NCBI GenBank assembly: GCA_905479815.1
Contig: CAJQOA010000019.1
Location: forward strand, 758-64,757
DNA from: an uncultured Psychroserpens sp.
GTDB lineage: Bacteria; Bacteroidota; Bacteroidia; Flavobacteriales; Flavobacteriaceae
Reading direction: 5' to 3'
DNA: 64,000 nucleotides
Part shown: positions 1 to 10,985 of the stretch, piece by piece
How positions within the stretch are numbered: position 1 is the first letter of the stretch
Layout of the letters: every line of letters starts with the position of its first letter
Program-made: the position numbers and the translations under genes
The notes under the pieces: model-generated
What the model was told of the DNA's origin: nothing
Database searches by the model: none
Seen by the model: the letters and a program-made list of their open reading frames with translations, nothing else

Positions 1-676
1 CACAAAGGCATTCGTTAAATTACTAAATAAAGCGAATGTTGAATTTGCAGTTTTAGGTACCGAAGAGAGTTGTACAGGTGATCCTGCAAAACGTTCTGGA
101 AACGAATTTTTATTTCAAATGCAAGCTGTTACTAATATTGAAGTGATGAATGCTTATGAAATAAAGAAAATTGTGACTGCTTGTCCGCATTGTTTTAATA
201 CCATTAAAAATGAATATCCAGGATTAGGTGGTAATTATGAAGTCATGCATCACACTCAGTTTTTAAAATCGTTATTAGCTGAAGGTCGTTTGACTATTGA
301 AGGCGGACAATACAAAGGGAAGCGTATAACGTTTCATGACCCTTGTTATCTAGGTCGTGCAAATGATGTATATGAAGCGCCAAGAGATTTAATTAGAAAA
401 CTGGATGCAGAGCTGGTAGAAATGAAAAGCTGTAAATCAAGAGGTTTATGCTGTGGAGCAGGAGGTGCGCAAATGTTTAAAGATGCAGAGCCAGGAGACA
501 AAGAAGTTAATATAGAAAGAACAGAACAAGCTTTAGAAGTAAAACCTGATATCATAGCTGCTGGTTGTCCATTTTGTAATACCATGATGACAGATGGTAT
601 TAAAAACAAGGAAAAAGAAGGTGACATTGCTGTTATGGATATTGCAGAATTGATTGCTAACGCACAAGATTTATAA
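1..676 (+). CDS. Fe-S oxidoreductase, CCG-domain (GlpC/HdrB-like) protein, 5'-truncated by window
   Basis: Frame open from base 2 (TKAFVKLLNKANVEFAVLGTEESCTGDPAKRSGNEFLFQM...); motifs CPHC, HDPCYLGR, CCGAGG, CPFC. Confidence 0.9.
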   Translation, partial: TKAFVKLLNKANVEFAVLGTEESCTGDPAKRSGNEFLFQMQAVTNIEVMNAYEIKKIVTACPHCFNTIKNEYPGLGGNYEVMHHTQFLKSLLAEGRLTIEGGQYKGKRITFHDPCYLGRANDVYEAPRDLIRKLDAELVEMKSCKSRGLCCGAGGAQMFKDAEPGDKEVNIERTEQALEVKPDIIAAGCPFCNTMMTDGIKNKEKEGDIAVMDIAELIANAQDL

Positions 677-677
677 C

Positions 678-878
678 ATGGCAGAGATAAATAAAAAGAA
701 AATTATTACAGCAGGTCTTGTTGGAGGTACCATATTTTCATTAGTAGTCACGTTATTTGATTATTTCTTTAGAGAAGGAATCTCTTGGTCTAGAGTCTTG
801 TTTTACTTTATTTTTGGATGCCTTATGTATAGTTTTTTGACGTATAGAGGTTTCAAGAAACATAATAAAAACAAATAA
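678..878 (+). CDS. Small two-helix membrane protein, hypothetical
   Basis: ATG at 678 directly after upstream stop; two hydrophobic segments, basic C-terminus. Confidence 0.65.
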   Translation: MAEINKKKIITAGLVGGTIFSLVVTLFDYFFREGISWSRVLFYFIFGCLMYSFLTYRGFKKHNKNK

Positions 879-982
879 CTCTAATGTTATATTCTTTGTA
901 ATGCGATTGGTTTATTTACAAAATCTGTATAAGGAATACGTGTTTCAGTTAATAGGCTGAAAACTAAATTCAAATCTATAAC

Positions 983-1498
983 ATGTTTATAAACCAACAA
1001 ATTGAGACTGATACACTTCCGAAGATCTCTTCTGTTGAGCTCAAACCCATATCAAAAAACTATTTTAAGATTATAATTTTAAATAAGGCATTTGTTTACG
1101 CGGTGTTTTTAAGTATTTTGATTGCTGGTAAATTCGCAATAAAAAAAGAAGCTTTTCAAGATAACTTCGTTTATATAGTAACCATTGTGGTGGTAGGTCT
1201 TATTTTGAATTTCGTTTTAGCACGCTTAGCTTTTAAGAAAAGAAAATATGCCATACGAGATAAAGATGTTATCTATTCTAAAGGACTTATTGTAAATTCT
1301 ATTACAACAGTGCCAATATCTAGAATTCAACATATAGAAGAATCACGTAGTTGGTTAGCACGAAAACTGAATCTTGCTACATTAAAAATTTTCACTGCAG
1401 GAGAATCTGGTAGCGATTTAAAAATTGATGGCTTACCACTTGAAGAAGCAAAACAAATAAATGATTTTTTAAGCACTAGGGTAAATGGAAACAGTTGA
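983..1498 (+). CDS. Bacterial PH domain membrane protein (YdbS-like)
   Basis: Two TM segments then VPISRIQHIE...LKIFTAG...IDGL bPH_2 signature. Confidence 0.85.
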   Translation: MFINQQIETDTLPKISSVELKPISKNYFKIIILNKAFVYAVFLSILIAGKFAIKKEAFQDNFVYIVTIVVVGLILNFVLARLAFKKRKYAIRDKDVIYSKGLIVNSITTVPISRIQHIEESRSWLARKLNLATLKIFTAGESGSDLKIDGLPLEEAKQINDFLSTRVNGNS

Positions 1499-2978
1499 TT
1501 TCTCACAACCGATTAGGCAATCGTCAAAAGGAATCATTATAATTTTCGCCTTTAATGCGTACAAATTTTTTAAGCGATTCTTTGTCATATTTATTGCTTT
1601 TGGAGTATCGTTGGCTAGAAAGAAAACTTTTGCTACGCTATCGCCTCAATCCATTACGCTAATTATTATTGGTATTTTAATAGTGCTTCTTATTGTAGCG
1701 GTATTAAAGTATTTAAATTTTAAATTTTATTTAAGCAAAGACGACTTTCACCTATCTACAGGAATAATAAACAAGGACAACACGATAATTCCGAAGTCAA
1801 AAATTCAAAATGTTTATATCAAGCAAAATTTCCTTCAGCAAATCATTAATGTCGTATCATTAAATATTGAAACCGCTGGTGATAACAAGTCTGAAATTTC
1901 AATAAAAGCCTTAGATAAACCAACTGCATTGCAATTAAAAAAGGAATTGTTCAATAAATCGAACATTTCAGAAGCACTACATACAGCTATTGAAACCAAA
2001 AATATCTTTTTTAAAGTGTCGTTAAAACGATTGTTTTTAGAAGGAGTTTCCCAAAATCACTTGAGAAGTTTTGCTGTCATTGCATCTTTTGTTTTTGGTT
2101 TGTATTATGAGTTTAAAGATTATTTTAGAAGCTTAAAACTCAAGCAACATGTTGAGGAAATAATTCATTTAGATGAAGAAAGTATCCTCAATATTATTAT
2201 ACTTAATAGTGTGTTTATTCTTTTTGCAGTACTAATTTCTCTACTGTTTTCAGTTCTTAAAACAGTGGTAACTAATTTTAATTTAGAAGTTGTAGAAACC
2301 CAAAAAACTATTGAAATTAACAAAGGGTTGTTTAATAAGGTGTCATTGAGTTTAACACCAAGTAGAATTCAGAATATTGTTATTAAAACAAATCGTATTA
2401 AGCGTTATTTTGGCTTGCATACATTGTCTGTTAAACAAGCAATGGTGAATGTTAAGCAAAGAAAAAACTTTGTAATTATTGCCTTAGAAAAAGAGCAATT
2501 AAAGCACCTAGTAGATAAATTATTAACTAATTACACAAGTGATTTAAAAGCGTTAAAACCTAAATGGTATTACAAACGCATCTTAGTTATAGATATGCTA
2601 GTTTTAGCATTAATAATTAATGTTTCTGGTTTCTTTATCTTCGGAAACATGATGTGGTTTATCAATATTGCATTTATAATATTTTCGATTTTATATGTTC
2701 AAATAACGTACAGAAAATCATATTATAAAATTGATGATGAATTTATCACTATTGGAAGTGGTTTTATAGATACCACAACTAATATTTTAGAAATTCATAA
2801 AATACAAGCTGTAAAATTGAAGCAAACAATCTTTCAAAAGCGACGACAAATTTCATCTGTAATTATAACTACAGCTTCTAAAGCTGTTAAAATTCCTTAT
2901 GTTTCAGAAGCTGATGCAAAATCAATTTGTGATTACTTGTTATTTAAGGTCGAATCACAAGATAGAGATTGGATGTAA
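1485..2978 (+). CDS. Bacterial PH domain membrane protein (YdbT-like)
   Basis: Three repeats of TM pair plus IPKSKIQNV / SRIQNI / HKIQAV; overlaps the YdbS-like gene. Confidence 0.85.
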   Translation: METVDFSQPIRQSSKGIIIIFAFNAYKFFKRFFVIFIAFGVSLARKKTFATLSPQSITLIIIGILIVLLIVAVLKYLNFKFYLSKDDFHLSTGIINKDNTIIPKSKIQNVYIKQNFLQQIINVVSLNIETAGDNKSEISIKALDKPTALQLKKELFNKSNISEALHTAIETKNIFFKVSLKRLFLEGVSQNHLRSFAVIASFVFGLYYEFKDYFRSLKLKQHVEEIIHLDEESILNIIILNSVFILFAVLISLLFSVLKTVVTNFNLEVVETQKTIEINKGLFNKVSLSLTPSRIQNIVIKTNRIKRYFGLHTLSVKQAMVNVKQRKNFVIIALEKEQLKHLVDKLLTNYTSDLKALKPKWYYKRILVIDMLVLALIINVSGFFIFGNMMWFINIAFIIFSILYVQITYRKSYYKIDDEFITIGSGFIDTTTNILEIHKIQAVKLKQTIFQKRRQISSVIITTASKAVKIPYVSEADAKSICDYLLFKVESQDRDWM

Positions 2979-3012
2979 AATTGTATTTTTGTAATTAGAA
3001 AAAAGTAGAATT

Positions 3013-3498
3013 ATGCTAGTCGATTTTAATACACTTCCCGAAGAATCTCGCGTTTGGATTTACCAAGCTAATAGATCATTTACTGAGGAAGAACTTACAG
3101 GAATAAAAGAAAAACTAAATACCTTTATTGAAAATTGGACTGCTCATGGTAGTGATTTACAATCTGGTTATACAATTGAATATAAGCGATTTATAGTGAT
3201 TGCTCTAAATCAGAATATAAGTAGTGCAACCGGTTGTAGTATTGATGCTTCGGTACATTTTATTCAACAATTAGAAAAAGAGTATAATGTTGATTTGATG
3301 GATAAAATGAACGTCTCCTACAAACAAGGCGAGTATGTTGCACACAAGACATTACTTGATTTTAAAAAAATGGCAAAAGATAAAGCGGTTTCTAAAAACA
3401 CGATTGTATTTAATAATCTAGTTAATAACATTGCTGAGTTTAAAGAAAACTGGGAAGTTCCTGCAAGTGAAAGCTGGCATAGTCGATTTTTAAAATAA
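3013..3498 (+). CDS. Conserved Bacteroidota protein (often labelled 'ABC transporter ATPase')
   Basis: SRVWIYQ, WTAHG, ATGCSID, VFNNLV, SWH motifs; no Walker A visible. Confidence 0.75.
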   Translation: MLVDFNTLPEESRVWIYQANRSFTEEELTGIKEKLNTFIENWTAHGSDLQSGYTIEYKRFIVIALNQNISSATGCSIDASVHFIQQLEKEYNVDLMDKMNVSYKQGEYVAHKTLLDFKKMAKDKAVSKNTIVFNNLVNNIAEFKENWEVPASESWHSRFLK

Positions 3499-3567
3499 TA
3501 TATCTCCAAGCTATTACTAATGAATAAAAATAAAGACGCTGTTTTAAAGGAGTTAGAAGAAAATATC

Positions 3568-4791
3568 ATGACTAATGAGATTTTCTTATTAAATATTTCA
3601 GGCCAAGATAAACCAGGATTAACATCTAGTTTAACTAGTGTTTTAGCGCAGTTTGATGCTAAGATTCTAGATATCGGACAAGCAAATATTCACGATACAT
3701 TATCTTTGGGAATCTTATTTGAGATCCAATCTGGAGCTAATTCAGCTTCCGTTTTAAAGGAATTATTGTTTAAAACTTATGAGTTAGGTATTACAGCAAA
3801 GTTTAGTCCAATTACTTCAGAAAATTATGAAAACTGGGTAAAACAACAAGGTAAAGACAAGTATATTATTACCATTTTGGGTGAAAAATTATCGGCTGAG
3901 CAAATTTCAGAAGTGACCAAAGTAATTTCAGAAATAAACTTAAACATTGATGCTATAAAAAGACTTACAGGTCGTATTTCACTAGTAAACAATGAAGATT
4001 ATCCACGTTCTTCAATCCAGTTATCTGTTAGAGGTAAAATTGATTGCAAAGAAGAGGTGACTAGAAAATTCATGCAAATTTCAAGAGATTTAGATGTCGA
4101 TATCGCATTTCAAGAAGATAATATTTATAGAAGAAACAGACGTTTAGTGTGTTTTGATATGGATTCTACATTGATTCAAGCAGAAGTTATAGATAAACTG
4201 GCTGAACTAGCAGGTGTTGGAGATGAAGTAAAGGCAATTACAGAGTCTGCAATGCAAGGTGAGATTGATTTTAATGAGAGTTTCAAACAACGAATGAAGC
4301 TCCTTAAAGGTTTAAGTGAAGACGTACTTCATGACGTTGCCGTTAATTTACCAATTACAAAAGGTGCTAAGAGACTTATTGATACTCTTAAAAGCTACGG
4401 ATTTAAAACAGCAATTCTATCTGGTGGTTTTACTTATTTTGGTCATTATCTACAAAAAGAATTAGGTATGGATTATGTCTATGCTAATCAATTAGAAATT
4501 AAGGATGGCGTTTTAACAGGTGGTTATATTGGCGATATTGTTGATGGTAATAAAAAAGCAGAATACCTTAAAGAAATCGCTGAAAAAGAAGGTATAAATA
4601 TTAGTCAAACTATTGCTGTTGGTGATGGTGCAAACGATTTGCCGATGCTTAATTTAGCAGGATTAGGGATTGCTTTTCATGCCAAACCAAAAGTAAAAGA
4701 TAGTGCTCAAAGTTCTATTTCTAGTGTTGGATTGGATGGTGTACTTTATCTTTTAGGATATCATGATAGGCATATTGATTTAATAGAATAA
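3568..4791 (+). CDS. serB: Phosphoserine phosphatase SerB with ACT domains
   Basis: N-terminal ACT (GQDKPG); HAD motifs FDMDSTLI, SGGF, GDGANDL; start at 3568 preferred over 3520. Confidence 0.93.
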   Translation: MTNEIFLLNISGQDKPGLTSSLTSVLAQFDAKILDIGQANIHDTLSLGILFEIQSGANSASVLKELLFKTYELGITAKFSPITSENYENWVKQQGKDKYIITILGEKLSAEQISEVTKVISEINLNIDAIKRLTGRISLVNNEDYPRSSIQLSVRGKIDCKEEVTRKFMQISRDLDVDIAFQEDNIYRRNRRLVCFDMDSTLIQAEVIDKLAELAGVGDEVKAITESAMQGEIDFNESFKQRMKLLKGLSEDVLHDVAVNLPITKGAKRLIDTLKSYGFKTAILSGGFTYFGHYLQKELGMDYVYANQLEIKDGVLTGGYIGDIVDGNKKAEYLKEIAEKEGINISQTIAVGDGANDLPMLNLAGLGIAFHAKPKVKDSAQSSISSVGLDGVLYLLGYHDRHIDLIE

Positions 4792-4801
4792 AACTTTAAT
4801 C

Positions 4802-5455
4802 ATGGACATTATTGAACAATTAAAGCATCACGAGAAAGATAATTTGAGTGAATGGATAAATTTTGAAGATAAAACATCTAAACGTTTTTCTAAGGATATT
4901 GTAAAATTCGCTAATGAGAACCCAGATGCTTTAAAGCAATACTGCAATACTACGATGCCTAATGAGTTTTCAAGTTTGAGTATCGTTTATGAAGCTTTGT
5001 CTGAATATTCGGTAACTCATAACGCGTTTTTGTTTGAAGAAGTTAAACGCGTTATTGCTTTGGCACAAACAAAGACAATCAATCCAGAGTATATTGAGGT
5101 TCTAGAATATATTGAAACAGAAGACATTTACTCTAAAGATGAAACTATTTATATTGAAATTATCAATGTCATAACATCTGCATTGCATTTAGATAATGAT
5201 GAAAGATTAAATTTGCAAATTTTAAGTCTTCTTGATTGGTTTTTAACAGATTACGATGAAGATGATGCTATTTCAGAAGCAGTTGTTTGGATAGATAGCA
5301 TCAAGATTATAGCTGAAAATGCTAAACAATTAGAGGTTAGAGAAGCTGCTAAAGAAGCACTTGAAAATCTTGATGAAAATATATCTTATGTTGATAATGA
5401 TTCTACATTAGAATCTCAATCACTTCTCAGCAAGATTTTACGATTTTTCAAATAA
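4802..5455 (+). CDS. Acidic helical hypothetical protein
   Basis: 217-aa ORF directly after serB; D/E-rich; C-terminal amphipathic LLSKILRFFK. Confidence 0.7.
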   Translation: MDIIEQLKHHEKDNLSEWINFEDKTSKRFSKDIVKFANENPDALKQYCNTTMPNEFSSLSIVYEALSEYSVTHNAFLFEEVKRVIALAQTKTINPEYIEVLEYIETEDIYSKDETIYIEIINVITSALHLDNDERLNLQILSLLDWFLTDYDEDDAISEAVVWIDSIKIIAENAKQLEVREAAKEALENLDENISYVDNDSTLESQSLLSKILRFFK

Positions 5456-5591
5456 AACATAAAAGATCATTTTGTTCACAAACTTCTTTATAAATCTATC
5501 ATAAAGTCTTTAATCTTACTCGCAAAAATACTATTTTGGCATAGTTTTTAGTTCTATTTAAATACGAACAATTCTCTAAGACCTTTATTTT

Positions 5592-8543
5592 ATGCGATAT
5601 ATATTGTCCTTTATCTTTTGCTTTACTCTAATTCCAATAGCAGTTGCTCAAGATGCTAGTCACCCTTTAGCACATAAAGACTTGCAAGCTCAGCAAAAAT
5701 GGGTAGACAGTGTCTATAGTGATATGTCCCTTGAAGAAAAAGTGGGACAATTATTTATGGCAAGAGCGTTTTCTGATAGTAAAAAATCCAATCAAAAGGC
5801 AATTGTAAAACTCATAAACACCTATCATATTGGTGGATTAATTTTTTCAACTGGTGGCCCAGTTGCTCAAGCCAAACAAAATAATTTATATCAAGCTATC
5901 TCAAAAACACCATTACTTATTGGTATGGATGCAGAATGGGGTTTGAGTATGCGTTTAGATTCTACATACGCATTTCCTTGGAATATGACCTTAGGTGCCA
6001 TAAAAGACAATACATTAGTAGAGCGTACAGGTTATCATATTGGTGAACATTGCAAACGCATTGGTGTGCATTTTAATTTTGCACCTGTAGTTGATATCAA
6101 TACAAACCCAAAAAACCCAATTATTGGTAATCGCTCTTTTGGAGAAGATAGAGATAATGTTACTGAGAAAGGTTTGGCTTTTATGAAAGGCATGCAAGAT
6201 GCTGGTGTTTTAGCAAATGCTAAACATTTTCCTGGACATGGAGATACAGATAGTGATTCTCATAAAACGTTGCCAACTATCAGTTTCAATAAAAAACGAA
6301 TTGATTCTATAGAAATATATCCATATCGTGAATTGATAAAAGAAGGCTTGTCTAGTGTTATGGTGGCTCATTTAAATATACCAAGTTTAGAACCACGTGA
6401 TGGATTTCCATCCTCATTATCAAAACATATTGTTACAGATATATTAAAAGACACACTAGGATTTAAAGGATTAATCTTTTCTGATGCTCTAGAAATGAAA
6501 GGGGTTTCAAATTATAGTACACCTGGTGATATTGATTTAGCTGCTTTACAAGCTGGGAATGATGTATTGCTAATTTCCGAAGATGTGCCAAAAGGCATTG
6601 CAAAAATTATTGAAGCTTATAATAACAAAGATCTTACTGAAGAACGCTTAGCACATTCAGTAAAGAAAATATTAATGGCAAAATTTAAAGTAGGTTTAAA
6701 TGCATACGAACCTATTGGTACTAATACGTTAGTAGGTGATTTAAATCGTTTGCAAGATGATTTGTTATATGAAGAATTGATGGAGGCATCAACAACTGTT
6801 CTTAAAAATAAAGAAGATGTGTTACCACTTCGCAATTTAGAAACTAAGAAAATAGCGTATGTAGAATTAGGGGATAGCTCAGGTTCTACATTTTATAATG
6901 AGCTTAAAAAATATACGAAAGTACATAAAGTAGAAGCCGAAAGATTAGATGAATTAATTACTAAGCTTCAAAATTATAATACAGTTGTTGTTAGCTTTCA
7001 TAAAAAGAATGATCATCCATGGCGAGGTTATAAGTTTACAGACAAAGAGTTGGTTTGGCTTTATGAAATAGCAAGAACTAATACTGTTATTCTTGATGTG
7101 TTTGCTAGACCTTATGCTATGATTGATTTGACCACCATAGAGAACATTGAAGGTGTTGTTATGAGTTATCAAAACAGTGCTATTGCACAGCAAAAATCTG
7201 CTCAAGTTATTTTTGGAGCTGTTGCAGCCAAAGGACATATACCAGTGTCATTAGGCGAACATTTTAAAGTTGGAGAAGGGATTCAATACACAGCAATCCA
7301 ATCCTTAAGTTATGGTTTACCAGAACGTGTTGGCATGAGTTCTAAAAAATTAGAACGCTTAGATTCTATTGCTCAATATGCAGTTGACCAAAAAATGACA
7401 CCAGGTATTCAATTATTGGTGGCTAGAAAAGGAAAAGTGATTTACAATAAGAATTTTGGAAAACACACTTATAAAGGTAAGGATAAAGTGAAGTTTGAGG
7501 ACATGTATGATGTTGCTTCGCTTACAAAAATTTTAGCAACACTTCCTTTATTAATGGAGCTTGAAGAAAAGAAAGCATTATCATTAAACTCAAAATTGTC
7601 AAGTATACTTCCAGAATATGCAGATACAAATAAAAAGAATGTCACTGTAAAGCAAATGTTATCTCATTATGCGAGATTAAGACCTTGGGTGCCTTTTTAT
7701 GTCGCTACCTTAGATTCAACAACAAGAAAACCAGACCCTAAATATTATAGGCGATCAGCGACATCTACATTTAATATCAAAGTTGCAGATCAAATGTTTT
7801 TGCGTAAGGATTATCCAGATTCTATTCAAAAAATTATTAGAGAAACAGAATTGCTATCAACACAACGGTATCGCTATAGTGACTTGCCTTATTATATATT
7901 GAAAAAGTATATTGAAGGCTATTATAAAAAACCTTTAGATGAATTAGCACAAGAGCACTTTTACCAATCTTTAGGCGCTAATTACACTACTTATAATCCG
8001 TCGTCTAAGTTCTCAGATCGCAATTTAATTCCTACAGAAGTTGATGATTACTTTAGATATAAAGAAGTTCATGGTTATGTTCATGATATGGGAGCTGCTA
8101 TGCAAAACGGCGTTGGAGGTCATGCAGGTGTTTTTAGTAATGCAAATGATGTTGCTAAAATTATGCAGATGTATCTTCAAAAAGGATTTTATGGAGGTAA
8201 ACGGTATTTAAAAACAGAGACTGTAGATAAATTTAATACCACATATTACAAGCATAAAAATGTAAGGAGAGGAATTGGTTTCGACAAACCACAACTAGGA
8301 GATACAGGTCCAACATGTGGTTGTTTGTCAATGAAGAGTTTTGGACATTCAGGCTTTACAGGAACATATGCATGGGCAGATCCAGACGAAGAAATAGTAT
8401 ATATATTTTTAGCTAATAGAACGTATCCAAAAGCTGGTAAAAACTTATTACTAAGAGAAAATATAAGAACAGAAATACAACGACTAATTTACGAGGCCAT
8501 TATTGAAGATGAAACTGAAACTGAAGTAGCCCAAAGTAATTAG
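5592..8543 (+). CDS. GH3 beta-N-acetylglucosaminidase fused to beta-lactamase-fold serine hydrolase
   Basis: Signal peptide; KHFPGHGDTDSDSH (NagZ motif); C-terminal SLTK (SxxK), YSD, GHSGFTG. Confidence 0.92.
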   Translation: MRYILSFIFCFTLIPIAVAQDASHPLAHKDLQAQQKWVDSVYSDMSLEEKVGQLFMARAFSDSKKSNQKAIVKLINTYHIGGLIFSTGGPVAQAKQNNLYQAISKTPLLIGMDAEWGLSMRLDSTYAFPWNMTLGAIKDNTLVERTGYHIGEHCKRIGVHFNFAPVVDINTNPKNPIIGNRSFGEDRDNVTEKGLAFMKGMQDAGVLANAKHFPGHGDTDSDSHKTLPTISFNKKRIDSIEIYPYRELIKEGLSSVMVAHLNIPSLEPRDGFPSSLSKHIVTDILKDTLGFKGLIFSDALEMKGVSNYSTPGDIDLAALQAGNDVLLISEDVPKGIAKIIEAYNNKDLTEERLAHSVKKILMAKFKVGLNAYEPIGTNTLVGDLNRLQDDLLYEELMEASTTVLKNKEDVLPLRNLETKKIAYVELGDSSGSTFYNELKKYTKVHKVEAERLDELITKLQNYNTVVVSFHKKNDHPWRGYKFTDKELVWLYEIARTNTVILDVFARPYAMIDLTTIENIEGVVMSYQNSAIAQQKSAQVIFGAVAAKGHIPVSLGEHFKVGEGIQYTAIQSLSYGLPERVGMSSKKLERLDSIAQYAVDQKMTPGIQLLVARKGKVIYNKNFGKHTYKGKDKVKFEDMYDVASLTKILATLPLLMELEEKKALSLNSKLSSILPEYADTNKKNVTVKQMLSHYARLRPWVPFYVATLDSTTRKPDPKYYRRSATSTFNIKVADQMFLRKDYPDSIQKIIRETELLSTQRYRYSDLPYYILKKYIEGYYKKPLDELAQEHFYQSLGANYTTYNPSSKFSDRNLIPTEVDDYFRYKEVHGYVHDMGAAMQNGVGGHAGVFSNANDVAKIMQMYLQKGFYGGKRYLKTETVDKFNTTYYKHKNVRRGIGFDKPQLGDTGPTCGCLSMKSFGHSGFTGTYAWADPDEEIVYIFLANRTYPKAGKNLLLRENIRTEIQRLIYEAIIEDETETEVAQSN

Positions 8544-8565
8544 TATTTAATATAGAATATAAAAC

Positions 8566-9702
8566 ATGCGAATAGGAATTGTTTGTTACCCAACATTTGG
8601 AGGAAGTGGAGTTGTAGCTACAGAGTTAGGATTAGAATTATCCAAACGTGGACATGAAATTCATTTTATAACTTATAGTCAACCCGTACGATTAGAATTG
8701 TTGAGTCATAATGTGCATTATCACGAAGTTAATGTTCCAGAATATCCATTGTTTTTGTATCAACCTTATGAGTTGGCACTATCAAGTAAATTGGTAGATA
8801 TGGTAAAGCTTCATGAAATTGAAATTTTACATGTACACTATGCGATACCACATGCCTATGCCGCTTATATGGCTAAGAAAATATTACAGGAAGAGGGTAT
8901 TTATGTGCCCATTGTAACCACACTTCACGGCACAGATATTACACTTGTTGGAAGTCATCCACATTATAAACCTGCCGTAACGTTTAGCATTAATAAATCT
9001 GATGCTGTGACATCAGTTTCTCAGAGTCTAAAGGAGGATACGATGCGTTTGTTTGATATTAAAAAAGATATTCATGTGGTCCCAAATTTTATAGATTTGG
9101 TGAAATATGCTCCTAAGTTTACAGATTGTCAACGTGCAATGATGGCAAAAGATGACGAGAAAATTATTACACATATTAGTAATTTTAGAGAGGTCAAACA
9201 AATACCAGATGTTATTAAAATATTTTATAACATTCAAAAAGAAATTCCTGCAAAACTCATGATGGTTGGAGAAGGACCAGAACGTGAACCTGCTGAACGT
9301 TTATGTGAAGAATTAGGAATTAGTGATAAGGTTGTTTTCTTCGGAAACAGTAATGAAATAGACAAAATTCTCTGTTTTAGTGATTTGTTTTTATTACCAT
9401 CTTTAACAGAAAGCTTTGGTTTGTCAGCCTTAGAAGCTATGGCATCTGGAGTACCAGTGATTTCAAGTAATACTGGTGGAATTCCAGAAGTTAATGTGCA
9501 TGGCGTTTCAGGGTATTTAAGTGAAATTAACGATGTGGATGATATGGCTAAAAATGCGCTTTATATTTTAAGTGATAATGAGCGTTTAGATACTTTTAAA
9601 GCTAATGCGAAAAAGGTGGCTACTAAATTTGGAATCCATGAAATTGTACCTCAATATGAAGCTATTTATGAGGATACATTGAAGCAATGTTTGATATCGT
9701 AA
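8566..9702 (+). CDS. bshA: N-acetyl-alpha-D-glucosaminyl L-malate synthase BshA (GT4)
   Basis: CYPTFGGSGVVATELG, HVHYAIPHA, TTLHGTDIT, ESFGLSALEAM. Confidence 0.93.
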   Translation: MRIGIVCYPTFGGSGVVATELGLELSKRGHEIHFITYSQPVRLELLSHNVHYHEVNVPEYPLFLYQPYELALSSKLVDMVKLHEIEILHVHYAIPHAYAAYMAKKILQEEGIYVPIVTTLHGTDITLVGSHPHYKPAVTFSINKSDAVTSVSQSLKEDTMRLFDIKKDIHVVPNFIDLVKYAPKFTDCQRAMMAKDDEKIITHISNFREVKQIPDVIKIFYNIQKEIPAKLMMVGEGPEREPAERLCEELGISDKVVFFGNSNEIDKILCFSDLFLLPSLTESFGLSALEAMASGVPVISSNTGGIPEVNVHGVSGYLSEINDVDDMAKNALYILSDNERLDTFKANAKKVATKFGIHEIVPQYEAIYEDTLKQCLIS

Positions 9703-9713
9703 CTTTTAATTCG

Positions 9714-10136
9714 ATGCGTAAACTAATATTGTTTTTTTGTTCTTTAACGTTATTAGTTAGTTGTTGGTCTCATTCGTCTTCTAATCCAGAAAATGCGTTT
9801 CGGTATTGGACAAAAAGTAATAGCCTACCAAAAGAAATTAAGATTTTGCGTGGTGAATATTACCAATCACCGCATTTTACTTTAGAGTATGAAGTCTTTT
9901 TAAAATTCAAACCAACTAAAGAATGGTGGTATACCTTTAAAAGGCAAAACAAATTAGTTGAAGTCAAAGCATCAGATAATGATGACTGGATGTCTTTCAC
10001 TAGTGATCTCGGTTGGTTTAATCCAGATCATAATTTCACAATTTATGCTCCTACAGACTATGAATGGAATCGTTCAAGATACTTTATAGACTATGATAAG
10101 GGGATTTGTTATGTTTATGAAACGCTTGGAATGTAA
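9714..10136 (+). CDS. Hypothetical lipoprotein
   Basis: MRKLILFF...LLVSC lipobox. Confidence 0.7.
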   Translation: MRKLILFFCSLTLLVSCWSHSSSNPENAFRYWTKSNSLPKEIKILRGEYYQSPHFTLEYEVFLKFKPTKEWWYTFKRQNKLVEVKASDNDDWMSFTSDLGWFNPDHNFTIYAPTDYEWNRSRYFIDYDKGICYVYETLGM

Positions 10137-10144
10137 ATTATATT

Positions 10145-10957
10145 CTACCACCAAACCAAAAATGCTTTACTCAATTCTCCAACCACATTTTTCGTCCAAA
10201 ACAAAGGTGATTGATTATTATCTAAAAACGACTGAGTTTCGCTTCGGAAATTTGAATATTCCAACCAATCAACAGTTTCATAAGGTTCTAGAAACCAATC
10301 CAATTTTGAAGGTATATAGAATTGACAGTCTTTAAAGTTTTCTAACTGTGCTGTGTTGATATAGAAACCGTATACACAAGCTTCATTTATGTGTTTAAAG
10401 TCTGCTTGTTTTTGATAGGGCACAAACAATTGAGCCTTAAATAAAACACGTTGCTCAAAACCATAGTCGTCTAAATTTAATTGATTTAGAGTGTGTTTGC
10501 AATCTTGAGAATAGAGTAGCGGTAACTGTTTGTCTTGAAGCTTAGTGAGTTTCTCTAGAAGACTATCTTTTCGGTTTGGACCAATCCATCGCTCGATTTC
10601 AGTACCTCCTAGAGTCTCATCGTACACATAAAATTTGTAGACAATTTCTAAATGTATAGGTTGATGATCAACAATTAGTAAAGTGTCTAATTCTCCTAAA
10701 GTCTGTTTGCTTTTTTGGATTTGAATGTTTTCAGCCATTAATGTAATAGTCTCACAAGTTTCTAGTTGGTTGAAGACAAATTGTTCTGCTAATTGACCAA
10801 GCCGAAGTCGTCGCTCCAATTTCCGAAGAAAAACAAGTCCATAATCACTTGGAATCTCTAATTGCTCAAGATTGTTCACATTGGCACGTTTCCAAAGTAA
10901 ATGTGTTTTACAATAGGCTTGATATAAGGCTTGAAGATGCTCCTGACTTAAGTTCAT
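10145..10957 (-). CDS. DUF1853 family protein (predicted PD-(D/E)xK-like fold)
   Basis: RLGQLAE, TLGELD, HLEIVYKFY, WIGPN..DSL..K. Confidence 0.85.
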   Translation of the reverse strand: MNLSQEHLQALYQAYCKTHLLWKRANVNNLEQLEIPSDYGLVFLRKLERRLRLGQLAEQFVFNQLETCETITLMAENIQIQKSKQTLGELDTLLIVDHQPIHLEIVYKFYVYDETLGGTEIERWIGPNRKDSLLEKLTKLQDKQLPLLYSQDCKHTLNQLNLDDYGFEQRVLFKAQLFVPYQKQADFKHINEACVYGFYINTAQLENFKDCQFYIPSKLDWFLEPYETVDWLEYSNFRSETQSFLDNNQSPLFWTKNVVGELSKAFLVWW

Positions 10958-10985
10958 ATAAAATCGAAAATACGAATAATAACAA

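Noticed and set aside
3013-3498. Literal ABC ATPase function
   Set aside because: No Walker A/B or signature motif in the 161-aa sequence
5592-8543. Antibiotic-resistance beta-lactamase
   Set aside because: The SxxK domain is fused to a NagZ-type GH3, consistent with a peptidoglycan-recycling hydrolase
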